Origin: Corallococcus sp. EGB
GTDB lineage: Bacteria; Myxococcota; Myxococcia; Myxococcales; Myxococcaceae
Assembly: GCF_019968905.1 (NCBI RefSeq)
Contig: NZ_CP079946.1
Coordinates: 5,601,356-5,665,355 of the forward strand
Length of the DNA stretch: 64,000 nucleotides
Direction: 5' to 3'
Both the position numbers and the translations under genes were made by a program. The notes beneath the pieces were generated by a model. The model did no database searches. It was not told the origin of the DNA and was given only the letters and a program-made list of their open reading frames with translations. Positions 47,288-56,571 of this stretch are shown piece by piece; within the stretch, counting starts at the first letter, position 1, and the number at the start of each line of letters is the position of its first letter.

Positions 47288-48130
47288 CTACCCTCGTTCC
47301 AGACAGAACAGCAGCGACTTGGGCTGCGCGGCCCGGCGGCGCGCATCCCCCAGGTCCACCCCACAGGTGAACTGGGTCCGCTTCCCCGGGGTCACCCGCA
47401 CGGCGACCGCGTCGCTGTGCTCCAGGATGCGCCGCAGCCCCAGGCCCGCGCCACCCCCCGAGGCATCCACCTGCGCCTTCTCACCCCACGCCCTCACCAC
47501 CCGCACCAGCGGTGACACCGGCATGCGGCCGAAGCGATCCGTTGCCTCCAGCCACGCGCGGCCCTCCACCACCGCCCAGGACAAAAGGCAGCGGTCCTCC
47601 TCCTCCACCGCCTGCACCTGCCCCCGCCGGTGGGCGTACTTCGGCTCGCCGCTTCCGTCCACCGGAGCGTCGAGCAGGGCGTTCACGCCAATCTCATGGA
47701 CGACATCCGCCACCCGGCCGGCCGCGCCCTTGGAGCCGCCGGCCTGGAGGACGGCCTCCGCCACGCGCTCGCCCACGGCCGTCACCTCCGCCACGCTGCC
47801 CAGCCACGTGACGGACGTGGCGGCCTCCTGCGGAATCATGGGCTCGCCGCGCAAGAGCGCGCTCAAGAGGCGCGCCTCCCAGGCGGACGGCTGGCCCCCC
47901 TCGCGGGTGGCCAGGAGCAGCGCTGGGGGCCTGCGCTCCAGGAGCGCGGCGTGGGCGGGGGTGAACCGCCCGTCGAACAGCACCAGGTGCGGTGCCGCGT
48001 CGTCTCCCTTCCCCAACTGCAGGCCATCACGGGCCAGCACCCCGGAGGCCTTCTCCAGCGCCTCCGGCGTGAGCGTCGTGTCCGGCGTCAACTTCAGGGG
48101 AGCATCCTTCACGGCGGCAGCGGTTTCCAA
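47288..48130 (-). CDS. GHKL-type ATPase (RsbW/anti-sigma-kinase-like) with a degenerate receiver-like N-terminal domain
   Basis: C-terminal HEIGVNALLDA...DASGGGAGLGLRRIL (N-box, G2-box-like); ends 4 nt before the kinase gene start. Confidence 0.55.
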   Translation of the reverse strand: METAAAVKDAPLKLTPDTTLTPEALEKASGVLARDGLQLGKGDDAAPHLVLFDGRFTPAHAALLERRPPALLLATREGGQPSAWEARLLSALLRGEPMIPQEAATSVTWLGSVAEVTAVGERVAEAVLQAGGSKGAAGRVADVVHEIGVNALLDAPVDGSGEPKYAHRRGQVQAVEEEDRCLLSWAVVEGRAWLEATDRFGRMPVSPLVRVVRAWGEKAQVDASGGGAGLGLRRILEHSDAVAVRVTPGKRTQFTCGVDLGDARRRAAQPKSLLFCLERG

Positions 48131-48138
48131 ACAAGGCC

Positions 48139-50745
48139 CTAGTAGTGGAGCCGGACTTCGGTGAAGACGCCCAGCGGCGGGGCGGGGAAGCCGTGGGACT
48201 CCTCGTACTTCGCGTTGAAGAGGTTGGTACCCAACAGGGACACCGCCACGCGCTCGTGGACGTTGAAGCCCACGCGCGCGGTCGCGGTGATGTAGCTGGG
48301 CAGCTTCACGCGGGTGGTGGTGCCGGCGTTCTCATCCACCACGAAGCCCGGATCATACCGTGCGCCCACGAACAGGCCGTAGAGCTCCACGAAGGCGAAC
48401 TTGCCGATGTTGGTGCGGCCGCGCAGGTACACGCGGTGGCTGGGCGCGTAGTCCAGCGGGTAGCTGGCCCCGCCGCCCACCGGCAACGCCTGGGCGTCCA
48501 GGAACTGGTAGGCCACGTCGAAGGACGAGTTGAGGGACGGCACCTGCGCCGCGGCCTCCGCCTCGAAGCCCGCCACGCGCGCGTCGCCCAGGTTCTGGAA
48601 CTGCGAGGTGGAGCCGAAGAGGAGCTCCTGGTTGATGAAGTTCCGGGCGCGGTTGTAGAAGCCCGTGCCCGTCAGGCGCACCTTGCGGTCGAAGGGCCAG
48701 AAGTCCACGGCCGCCTCCACCGTGTCCAGCGTCTCCGCGCGCAGCGCCGGGTTGCCCAGCAGCGTCGCGGCGTACATCTGCTGGTTGATGGCCAGCTCCG
48801 CCAGCGTGGGCGCGCGGAAGGCGCGGCCGTAGTTGGTGCGCAGCGTGAGCAGCTCCGGGATGGCGTGGAACACGACGCTGGCGCGAGGGGAGATCTGATC
48901 CGTGCGCTCCGACCAGACCTTGGAGGGGATCTGGTAGTTGTCGTACCGGGCGCCGCCGCCCACCACCAGCCGGTCCGTGATGCGGTACTCCGCGTCCACG
49001 AAGCCGCCCAGGATGGTCTGCTTCGTGTCGTCCAGGGTCAGGCCGGGGAGGACGTTCTGGTTGTTGACCTGGTCGGCCTTGATGTCGCCGCCCACGGTGA
49101 CGGACAGCTTGTCCAGGGAGAACAGCGCGCGCGCCTCGCCGCCCAGGCGGCTGCGCTTGCCGAGCGTGTCCTCCAGCGCGCCGGTGATCTCGTTCTCCAG
49201 CGTCACGTTGCGGCGCTTGAAGAACGCGTAGCCCTGGGCGAACACGCGCACGTTGTCCGTCACCTGCTGATCCAGCTGCAGGGCGGCGTTGAGGTTCTGG
49301 ACGTGCTCGTTGTCCTGCGCGGTGTAGTGGCAGCGGCCGCAGTTGCCCACGGTGGAGATGTTCTGACCGCCGGGCCGGCCGATGTTGCCGTCGGTGAAGT
49401 CCGCGTCCAGCGCAAGGGGGCCCACGCGGACCTTGCCGTTCACCTGGTGGACCAGCGAGTCCTCGTTGGTGTCCGTCTGGTTGAGCTGCGGGTTGTTGAA
49501 GAGCTGCGGGCCGTCCGAGCCGAACCCGTAGTAGCCGAGCAGCGCCTCCACCGGGCCGCCGCGGCCGGCGACGTTGGTCTGCAGGCGCCAGGTCTTGTCC
49601 TGGCCCGCGAGGATGCGCGCGTCCGCGCCCACGTTCTGGCCCTTGGCGATGAGATCGCCGGGCTGGCGCTCGATGATGTTGATGACGCCGCTGAAGGCGT
49701 TGGAGCCGTAGAGCGACGAACCCGGGCCGCGAATCACCTCCACCTGCTTCAGGTTGGTGAGCGGCGTCGTCTCATCCGCGTAGAACTGGCCCGTCCAGGG
49801 GTCCGTCAGGGGACGGCCGTCCTTGAGGAGCAGGAGCCGGTTGGACAGGTAGTTGGAGCCCAGGCCGCGCGCGCTCACCGCCGCCTTGCGCATGGAGCCC
49901 CGGCGGCACTCCATGCCCGGGAAGTACTGGATGGCCTCGCAGAGCGAGAACTGGCCGGTGCCCTCCAGCTCCTCCGCCGGAATCCAGGACACCGTGAGGG
50001 GCACGTCGGAGATGCGCTGGCTGCGCTTGGAGGCCGTGGTGACGACGGCCTCGCTCAGCGCCATGTTGATGTTCTTCTCCAGGTCGTCGCCTCCGCCCAG
50101 GTCCGGGCCGTCCAGGCCGGAGAGGCTGGAGGGCGGCGGCAGCGCGCGGTCCGGGGTGGGCTCCGTGAAGGGCGCGCGGTCCGGGACGTTGGTCGCCGCG
50201 CGCGGCTGCGACGACGGCAGCACCGCGCCGGAGCCCAGCGCGGGCGGCGGGTTGGAAGGAACGTCGGTGGTCAGCGGCCCGTCATAGGGCGACGTGGGCG
50301 AGGCCACGGGCAGCGGATCCGACACGGACGGGCCGGGGCCGGCCAGCGGGGGCGGAGGCGGCGTGTGCGCCGGCTCGTTGGCGAGCGCGGGCTCCTGCGG
50401 CTGGGTGGGCGCCTCGTCCGGAATGAACTCCGGCTCCACCGGCGGAGGCGGCGTCTTCGCGCCCCGGCGCGTCTTCGCGGCGCGCGGCGGCTTCGCCCCC
50501 GGAGTCGCCGTCTTCGCGCCCGGGGAGGTGGCCGCCTTCGCGCCCGGGGGGGTGGCCGCGCGTTTGCGGGCCGTCTTGGTCCGCGTCTTGGAGGCGGGCT
50601 CCTGGGCCTCCTGGGCCCGGGCCGTCTCCAGCGTGAACAGGGACAGCGCGCAGACCACCAGGGTAAGGCATGCGCGCGCGCTCAGCCGCCCGGCAAACCC
50701 CTTCACCGCGTTGGTGCGCGGCCCACCGTACTCAGTCGAGTCCAT
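48139..50745 (-). CDS. TonB-dependent outer-membrane receptor with a long Pro/Ala/Lys-rich N-terminal extension
   Basis: Signal peptide, then about 200 aa of low-complexity sequence (AKAATSPGAKTATPGAKPP...), plug (EVIRGPGSSLYGSNAFSGVINII), beta-barrel and a C-terminal aromatic strand VRLHY. Contains a CGRCH motif. Confidence 0.8.
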   Translation of the reverse strand: MDSTEYGGPRTNAVKGFAGRLSARACLTLVVCALSLFTLETARAQEAQEPASKTRTKTARKRAATPPGAKAATSPGAKTATPGAKPPRAAKTRRGAKTPPPPVEPEFIPDEAPTQPQEPALANEPAHTPPPPPLAGPGPSVSDPLPVASPTSPYDGPLTTDVPSNPPPALGSGAVLPSSQPRAATNVPDRAPFTEPTPDRALPPPSSLSGLDGPDLGGGDDLEKNINMALSEAVVTTASKRSQRISDVPLTVSWIPAEELEGTGQFSLCEAIQYFPGMECRRGSMRKAAVSARGLGSNYLSNRLLLLKDGRPLTDPWTGQFYADETTPLTNLKQVEVIRGPGSSLYGSNAFSGVINIIERQPGDLIAKGQNVGADARILAGQDKTWRLQTNVAGRGGPVEALLGYYGFGSDGPQLFNNPQLNQTDTNEDSLVHQVNGKVRVGPLALDADFTDGNIGRPGGQNISTVGNCGRCHYTAQDNEHVQNLNAALQLDQQVTDNVRVFAQGYAFFKRRNVTLENEITGALEDTLGKRSRLGGEARALFSLDKLSVTVGGDIKADQVNNQNVLPGLTLDDTKQTILGGFVDAEYRITDRLVVGGGARYDNYQIPSKVWSERTDQISPRASVVFHAIPELLTLRTNYGRAFRAPTLAELAINQQMYAATLLGNPALRAETLDTVEAAVDFWPFDRKVRLTGTGFYNRARNFINQELLFGSTSQFQNLGDARVAGFEAEAAAQVPSLNSSFDVAYQFLDAQALPVGGGASYPLDYAPSHRVYLRGRTNIGKFAFVELYGLFVGARYDPGFVVDENAGTTTRVKLPSYITATARVGFNVHERVAVSLLGTNLFNAKYEESHGFPAPPLGVFTEVRLHY

Positions 50746-50981
50746 CGTTCTCAATTCCACGAGGGGGAAGCAGGGATGTCCGCGGTCCTTGCGCCAGGAG
50801 CCAGAGCCGGTGCGACTGGCAATCGCTCAGGGGGTCGAGTTTCCACCCCTGAACGATGGCGTTCCGCTCGACTTCTCAAATTACCGCAATAACTCGCCTT
50901 AGGCCAAGTCATGGCTGTCGATCGCGGCAAAACACGCGCACGGCGACGGGAGCGCCGTGCGCTGATCAGCCCACGGCGCAA

Positions 50982-51908
50982 TCAGTCATCCGGCTGTTCA
51001 GCGGAGACGGACAGGTCGTCCGCGAACGGAGGCAGCGCGGGACCCAGCGAGTCGGACCGCACCAGGACGGGCGTCTCCACCCGCAGGTCGGGCGCGTCCG
51101 CGAGGACGGGCTGACGGCGCGGGGGCCCCTGGGTGACGAGCTTGCGGAAGTCCTCGAACTCGTGGCCCTGGATGCGGGCGAAGGCGTCGAACGGAGCGAC
51201 CGCACCGACGGAGGACAGGGACTGGGACAACGCGTCCGCCCCGCCCTTCACCTCCACCAGCACGGCGCCGGGCACCCGGGCGCTCTTGAAGAGGACGCGC
51301 AGGTCCTTGGGCACGTGCGAGACGGGCACGAGCGCGGCCTCCGCGCCCTTGGCCTCCAGCATCTTCACGGCCGACTCCACGTTGGGCACCGGCACCAGCT
51401 TGAAGTGCTTCTGGGCATCCAGGTCGCCGCCCAGCACGACGTGGGTGACGAACTTGGGATCCGCGGGACCCGCGCCCTTGACCACCGCCAGCCGCTTGCC
51501 GGCGAGGTCCTTCACGCTGCCCTTCTGGCTGGAGATGATGGCCCAGCGCTGCTGCGTCTCACCGGCGCGCGGCGCGTACGCCACGGGCTGCGCCTTGGCG
51601 CCCAGTTGCACCGCGGCCCAGCCGTCCACCACGGCGAAGTCGATCTGCCCCTCCCCCACCGCCTTGGCGAAGTCCTCGTAGCGGCCGAAGCTCTTGCCGG
51701 TGACGGGGCGGCCCAGGCTGGCCTCCAGCTTCTGGGCGAGCGCTTCCGCGTACTGGAAGCGCTCCTGGCCGTCCGACAGCGTGGTGGCGAGGAACACCCC
51801 CAGCGTGGCCTTCTTCGGCGCGGCGGACGCGGGGCGGGCAACGACGACGGCGAACAACACGGCGGCGAGCAGGACGCTCCACCGCGCGACAAGGGATGGC
51901 GTCTTCAC
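50982..51908 (-). CDS. periplasmic substrate-binding protein, PhnD/SsuA-like (phosphonate/phosphite ABC-type)
   Basis: Signal peptide MKTPSLVARWSVLLAAVLFAVVVARPASA; PBP type-2 fold features; the start overlaps the TPR gene stop (ATGA). Confidence 0.6.
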   Translation of the reverse strand: MKTPSLVARWSVLLAAVLFAVVVARPASAAPKKATLGVFLATTLSDGQERFQYAEALAQKLEASLGRPVTGKSFGRYEDFAKAVGEGQIDFAVVDGWAAVQLGAKAQPVAYAPRAGETQQRWAIISSQKGSVKDLAGKRLAVVKGAGPADPKFVTHVVLGGDLDAQKHFKLVPVPNVESAVKMLEAKGAEAALVPVSHVPKDLRVLFKSARVPGAVLVEVKGGADALSQSLSSVGAVAPFDAFARIQGHEFEDFRKLVTQGPPRRQPVLADAPDLRVETPVLVRSDSLGPALPPFADDLSVSAEQPDD

Positions 51909-54418
51909 GGCGTCTCCTCCGCGACCCCGGTGGCCGGCGTGGCGCCCTGCGCGTCACCCAGTCCATAGAGGCCCTGCAGGCGGTCCTTCCATTCACGCAC
52001 CTGGGCGGCGCGGGCTCCCGAGGCGGACACCAGGTAGCGCCGCCATGCGTCCACGGCCTCGGCGGGCTCGTGCCGGCGCTCCTGCGCGTCGATGCCCAGG
52101 TTGAGCGAGGCGATGGGCACGGACGTCTCCAGGCGCTTCCACGTGGCCAGCGCCGACGCGGTGTCACCCTGGCGCCAGTCCACGCACGCCAGGTTGTGCT
52201 GCACCACCGCGTCGTCGGGCGTCGCGGCGAGCGCGGCCTTCAGCGCCTTCTCCGACGCCTTCATGTTGCCGGAGGCGTAGGCGAGGGCGGCCTCGCGCCG
52301 CAGCAGCGCGCCGGTGAAGTGACCCATCCACTTCGGCTGTCCGGGCATGGGCTTCTTCTGGGCGGTGGCGAGCAGCTTGCGCGCGGGCGCCACCTTGCCC
52401 TGGCGGTAGAGGACATACGCGTCCGCGAGCGTGCGCGTGTTGGGCCACGCCCACTCCGGCGCCGGGGTGAGGGCGCGCTTGAGCCCCGCGGTGGCCTCCG
52501 CGAACCGCCCCTCCTCCGCGCGCGTGAGCGCCCGCGCGAAGGTGGCCAGCTTCGCCAGGTCCGAGCCCTTGCCGGTGCCCAGGCGGTCCACGGCGTCCAG
52601 GTCCCGGTTCGCCGCGGCGGCGTCGCCCACCTCCAGCTTCGCCAGGGCGCGGCGCACGAGCACGCGGGGCAGGTTCGCCTCCGCCACCTTCGCGGCCGTC
52701 TTGGAGGGGCCCGCGTCCGTCAGCCGCTGCACGGCGGCGTCCACCTGGCCCAGCTCCACCTCCGCGAGCGCGGCGCCCGCGGACGCCTCCGCGCGCTGAT
52801 CCGGCTCCTGCGTGGCCTCACCGGACTGGGTGAAGGCGGCGAGCGCGGCCTGCGCGTCGCCGCTGCCCAGCCGCGCGTAGCCCAGGAGCAGGTGCTCGCG
52901 CCAGGTCGCGCCCGGCAGCGTCACCGCGCCCTCCATCACCTTGCGGGCCTCCGCGTACTGGTGGCTGTCCAGCAGCGCCGCGCCCAGCCGCCGGGCCATG
53001 GGCACGGAGCGGTCCAGGTCATACGCGCGGCGCAGGTCGCGCACGGCGTCATCCAGGCGCTGCGTGCCGGCGCGCTCCCTCGCGCGGTGGGCCAGCGCCT
53101 GCGCCAGCCACTGCTTCGCGCCGGGGTGGCCCGGTTCGACCTGGAGCGCGCTGCCATAGTCCTCGATGGACTGATCCCACTGGCCGGTGGCGAAGTGATC
53201 CGCGCCCAGCAGCATCCAGCCCAGCGCCTGGCGCGGGGCCATCTCCACCACGCGCCGGTGCACCTCCACCGCGCGCTGGAAGCGGCCGGCGCGGCGGTTG
53301 ACGGAGCCCAGCGTCGCCCACAGCTCCAGGCTGCCGCCGCCCGACTTCACCGCGGACTCCAGGAACTGGATGGCCTCCTCGTGGCGGGACTGCGCCTGGA
53401 GCGCCTTGCCCACGGCGATCTGCCCCATCAGCAGGCCCGGCTGCAGCTCCAGCACCTTGCGGAACTCGGCCTCCGCCTGCGCGGGCTGCTTCTGCGCGAG
53501 CCGCACGTCGCCGAGCAGCAGGTGCGCGGCGGGCGTGGCGCCCAGCTTCATCAGGGCCGTGGCCTGGATGTCCGCGCGCGGCACGTCGCCCGCGGCGAGG
53601 TACAGGCGCGCGAGGCGCTCCTTCGGCTCCGCCACCTGCGGGAACTTCGTCACCAGCCGCTCGAGGAGCGCGCGGGCCTCCGCCACCTGCCCCTCCAGCT
53701 CCAGCACGGCCGCGAGGCCGATCTGCGCGGTCGCGGACTCCGCCCGGCCGGCCTGCGCCTTCTCGAACGAGGCGCGCGCGGCGCCAGCATCCCGGCGCAG
53801 GAGGTGCGCCTTGCCCAGCAGCTCGTGGATCTGGAAGTCGTTGGCCGCGAGCTTCTCCGGGCGCAGCGCCAGGTAGCGCTGCAGCCGCGTCACGGCCCGG
53901 TTCCCGTCCTGGGCGTACAGGTAGTAGCTGGCCAGGTAGTAGTGGACGATGAGGTGGTCCGGCTGATCCGCCGCGGCCACCTGCTCCAGCACCGGGACGG
54001 CCTCCTGGAAGCGGCGCAGCTTGAAGTACGCGGTGCCCAGCGGGTACGCGAGCGCCAGGTCCTGCGGGTTCTGCGCGAACACGGGCTGAAGGCGCGCGGC
54101 CGTGCGCTGGAAGTCCTGGAGCGCGTTGGCGGCGCTGCCCAGGCCCGCGGCGGCGGAGACGGACTGCGGCTCCTGGGTGAGCGCCTGCTCGAAGAGGTTG
54201 AGCGCCTTCTTGAACTTCTCCTCCGCCTCCTTCTTGTCGCCCTTGGCGGCGGCGGCGTTGGCGGACACGAGCGCCTGTTCACCCTGCTCCGTCATGCGCT
54301 GCGCCTCGGTGGCGGGCGGCGGGCGGAACTGGGCGAGCGCCGTCGGCGGGCCGGCCAGGGTGGCCAGCAGGACGAGCGCGGTGGAGACGCGGCGCGGGGA
54401 ACGGATGAATGGGCGCAT
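51905..54418 (-). CDS. secreted TPR-repeat protein
   Basis: Signal peptide STALVLLATLAGPPTALAQ; about 800 aa of TPR-like helical repeats rich in A/L/E/R. Confidence 0.7.
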   Translation of the reverse strand: MRPFIRSPRRVSTALVLLATLAGPPTALAQFRPPPATEAQRMTEQGEQALVSANAAAAKGDKKEAEEKFKKALNLFEQALTQEPQSVSAAAGLGSAANALQDFQRTAARLQPVFAQNPQDLALAYPLGTAYFKLRRFQEAVPVLEQVAAADQPDHLIVHYYLASYYLYAQDGNRAVTRLQRYLALRPEKLAANDFQIHELLGKAHLLRRDAGAARASFEKAQAGRAESATAQIGLAAVLELEGQVAEARALLERLVTKFPQVAEPKERLARLYLAAGDVPRADIQATALMKLGATPAAHLLLGDVRLAQKQPAQAEAEFRKVLELQPGLLMGQIAVGKALQAQSRHEEAIQFLESAVKSGGGSLELWATLGSVNRRAGRFQRAVEVHRRVVEMAPRQALGWMLLGADHFATGQWDQSIEDYGSALQVEPGHPGAKQWLAQALAHRARERAGTQRLDDAVRDLRRAYDLDRSVPMARRLGAALLDSHQYAEARKVMEGAVTLPGATWREHLLLGYARLGSGDAQAALAAFTQSGEATQEPDQRAEASAGAALAEVELGQVDAAVQRLTDAGPSKTAAKVAEANLPRVLVRRALAKLEVGDAAAANRDLDAVDRLGTGKGSDLAKLATFARALTRAEEGRFAEATAGLKRALTPAPEWAWPNTRTLADAYVLYRQGKVAPARKLLATAQKKPMPGQPKWMGHFTGALLRREAALAYASGNMKASEKALKAALAATPDDAVVQHNLACVDWRQGDTASALATWKRLETSVPIASLNLGIDAQERRHEPAEAVDAWRRYLVSASGARAAQVREWKDRLQGLYGLGDAQGATPATGVAEETP

Positions 54419-54426
54419 GCGGTTCG

Positions 54427-56226
54427 TCACGGCGTGGGGGCGGAGCTGAATTCGGCGACGATGACGGTGATGTCGTCGCGCTGGGGCTGGCCGGCGCTGT
54501 ACGCGCGCACGTCCGCGAGGAGTGCGTCGCGCAAGGCGTCGGCGGGGAGGTGGGCGTGGGCCTGGATGGCGGCGGCCAGCCGCTGCGTGCCGTAGAGGCG
54601 GTTGGCGCCGTCGCGCGCCTCGGTGAGGCCGTCCGTGTACCAGACGATGATGTCGCCGGGGCTCAGCTGCGTCTGGCGCGACGTGAACTGCGAGGCCACG
54701 TTCGCGCCCAGCAGCGGACCGCGCGCGGGCAGCGACGCCATCTGCCGCGTGTTCCGGTTGTAGACGGCCGCCGCCGGGTGCGCGCCCGCCGCGTAGTCAA
54801 TCTGGCCGCTGTACACGTCGATGACCGCGAGCGCGCTGGACATCTGGTGCTCGCCGCGGCCCACGTTGGCCAGCGTCACGTTGAGCGCGGTGATCAGCAT
54901 CTGCGCGTGCACCTGCGACGGCTCGCGCAGCGTCATGGCGGAGGCGAAGCCGCTGGTGGCGCTGGTGGCGACCAGCGACGTGGACAGACCGTGGCCCGTC
55001 ACGTCCCCGATGCCGATGACCACCCGCCGGTCGTCCAGCGCGGCGCGGAACCACCAGTCACCGCCGCACGCGTCCGCGGGCACCACGAGCCCGGCCAGCC
55101 GCAGCGGCCCCACCGTCACGGCCTCGCGGCCCGGCAAGAGCGTCTCCTGCACCGTGCGCGCGAGCGACACCTCGCGCTCCAGCTGCGCCTTGGCGCGCAC
55201 GTCCTCCAGCAGGACCTTGATGCGCTCGGCCATGTGGTTGAACACCACGCCCAGCGTCGTCACCTCGCGGCCCGCGCCCGGAGCGGTGCCCGCGCGAGCG
55301 CCCAGGTCACCGGCGGCCAGCTGCATCACGCGGTGGGTGAGCACGCCCAGCGGCTTGGTGATGCGGCGGCTCTGGAAGGCGGCCAGCACGCCGGCCAGCA
55401 CCACGAAGCCCACGCCCAATCCGACGATGCGCAGCGTGTTGGCGCGCACGGCGGCGCGGTTGGTCTCCTCCAGTTCGTGCAGCTGCTTCTGCAGGTCCTC
55501 CAGCGAGTAGCTGATCACGACCACGCCCTTGCCGCCCTGCGAGCCGTAGTCGAGCGGCTCCTGGAACTCGAAGACCGGCTGGCCCTGGAAGAAGGCGCTG
55601 GCCCAGCGGCGCTCCGCGGTGCGGCCTCCGGAGGACTCGCCCAGCCTGGCGTTGGGGTCGCTGTCCGCCACCAGCTGCCCGTCCGCGTCGTACATCTGCA
55701 CGCGCAGGATGTTGCGGTTGTCCGCGATGATGGAGCGCGCCACTTCCGTGAGGAACGCGTAGTTGTTGTCGCGAAGGCTGGTGGCGGAGGTGAGCGCCAG
55801 CGTGTGGCTCACCGTCTGGCCCAGTTCGCGCGCCTGGGACTGGAGCCGCTGGGTGAAGCGGTCCGACGTCGCGGTGAGCTGCGCCTCCGTCGTCTTCGCG
55901 GACAGCGCGGCCAGCAGGCCCACGATGATGATGACCAGCGCGCCCGTGGTGAGCAGCAGCAGCTGATCCAACCGCATCCCGCGGATGGCCGCCACGTTGG
56001 GCAGCTCTCCCGCCTCCATGGGCGCGATGACCGTGCTCGTGGGCTCCGTGGGCGGCAGCCCCAGCGCTCCGGTCAGCCGGGTCGCCGTGCTCTCCCCACG
56101 CAGCGCGGTGAGCTCCCGCGAATGCGTCCCGGTGTACTCCGGTGGAGGAGGCGGGGTGCCGGGCGCCGCGTCGGGCGCATCAGGAGATTCGGGTACGGGG
56201 TCGAGGCGCGGATTCGTACGGGACAA
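54427..56226 (-). CDS. membrane-bound PP2C-family (SpoIIE/RsbU-like) Ser phosphatase with periplasmic sensor and HAMP domains
   Basis: TM1 LLLLTTGALVIIIVGLLAAL, periplasmic region, TM2 IVGLGVGFVVLAGVLAAF, HAMP-like segment; PP2C motifs GGDWWF, IGDVTGHG, DGLTEA. Confidence 0.8.
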   Translation of the reverse strand: MSRTNPRLDPVPESPDAPDAAPGTPPPPPEYTGTHSRELTALRGESTATRLTGALGLPPTEPTSTVIAPMEAGELPNVAAIRGMRLDQLLLLTTGALVIIIVGLLAALSAKTTEAQLTATSDRFTQRLQSQARELGQTVSHTLALTSATSLRDNNYAFLTEVARSIIADNRNILRVQMYDADGQLVADSDPNARLGESSGGRTAERRWASAFFQGQPVFEFQEPLDYGSQGGKGVVVISYSLEDLQKQLHELEETNRAAVRANTLRIVGLGVGFVVLAGVLAAFQSRRITKPLGVLTHRVMQLAAGDLGARAGTAPGAGREVTTLGVVFNHMAERIKVLLEDVRAKAQLEREVSLARTVQETLLPGREAVTVGPLRLAGLVVPADACGGDWWFRAALDDRRVVIGIGDVTGHGLSTSLVATSATSGFASAMTLREPSQVHAQMLITALNVTLANVGRGEHQMSSALAVIDVYSGQIDYAAGAHPAAAVYNRNTRQMASLPARGPLLGANVASQFTSRQTQLSPGDIIVWYTDGLTEARDGANRLYGTQRLAAAIQAHAHLPADALRDALLADVRAYSAGQPQRDDITVIVAEFSSAPTP

Positions 56227-56571
56227 AGGCAGACCTGGGGGAGCCCGCGTGGCAACGCGGTCGGGGCGAAGCGGACTCTATCGCACTTCCTGTTTGACGC
56301 GAGGAGACCACCTGTCGGGCTATTCCCAGCGGGCGCCCCCTCCCCCGCCCTCCCAACGGCCGTGCGCTCCCCCGGGCCGGGAGGGGCCCTCCCCAGGCCC
56401 GGGAAGCAGCGTGTCGCGCGCCATGAATGAGTTGCGCTCATTGCCGCGTCGCGCCACCCGGGGCCCAAATGGCGGTGGCAAACGCCCGTGACATCAGGGT
56501 TCTTGAGCCGGGAGGCTCCGTTCGGAGTATAGGGGCCGTCCCTTTCCTTTCCCCTTCGAGGTCCTCCGCCC

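Noticed and set aside
44251-54595. + ORFs 44251..46740, 48145..50892, 50856..51968, 51896..54595, 54409..56430
   Set aside because: Antisense shadows across the minus-strand signalling operon.
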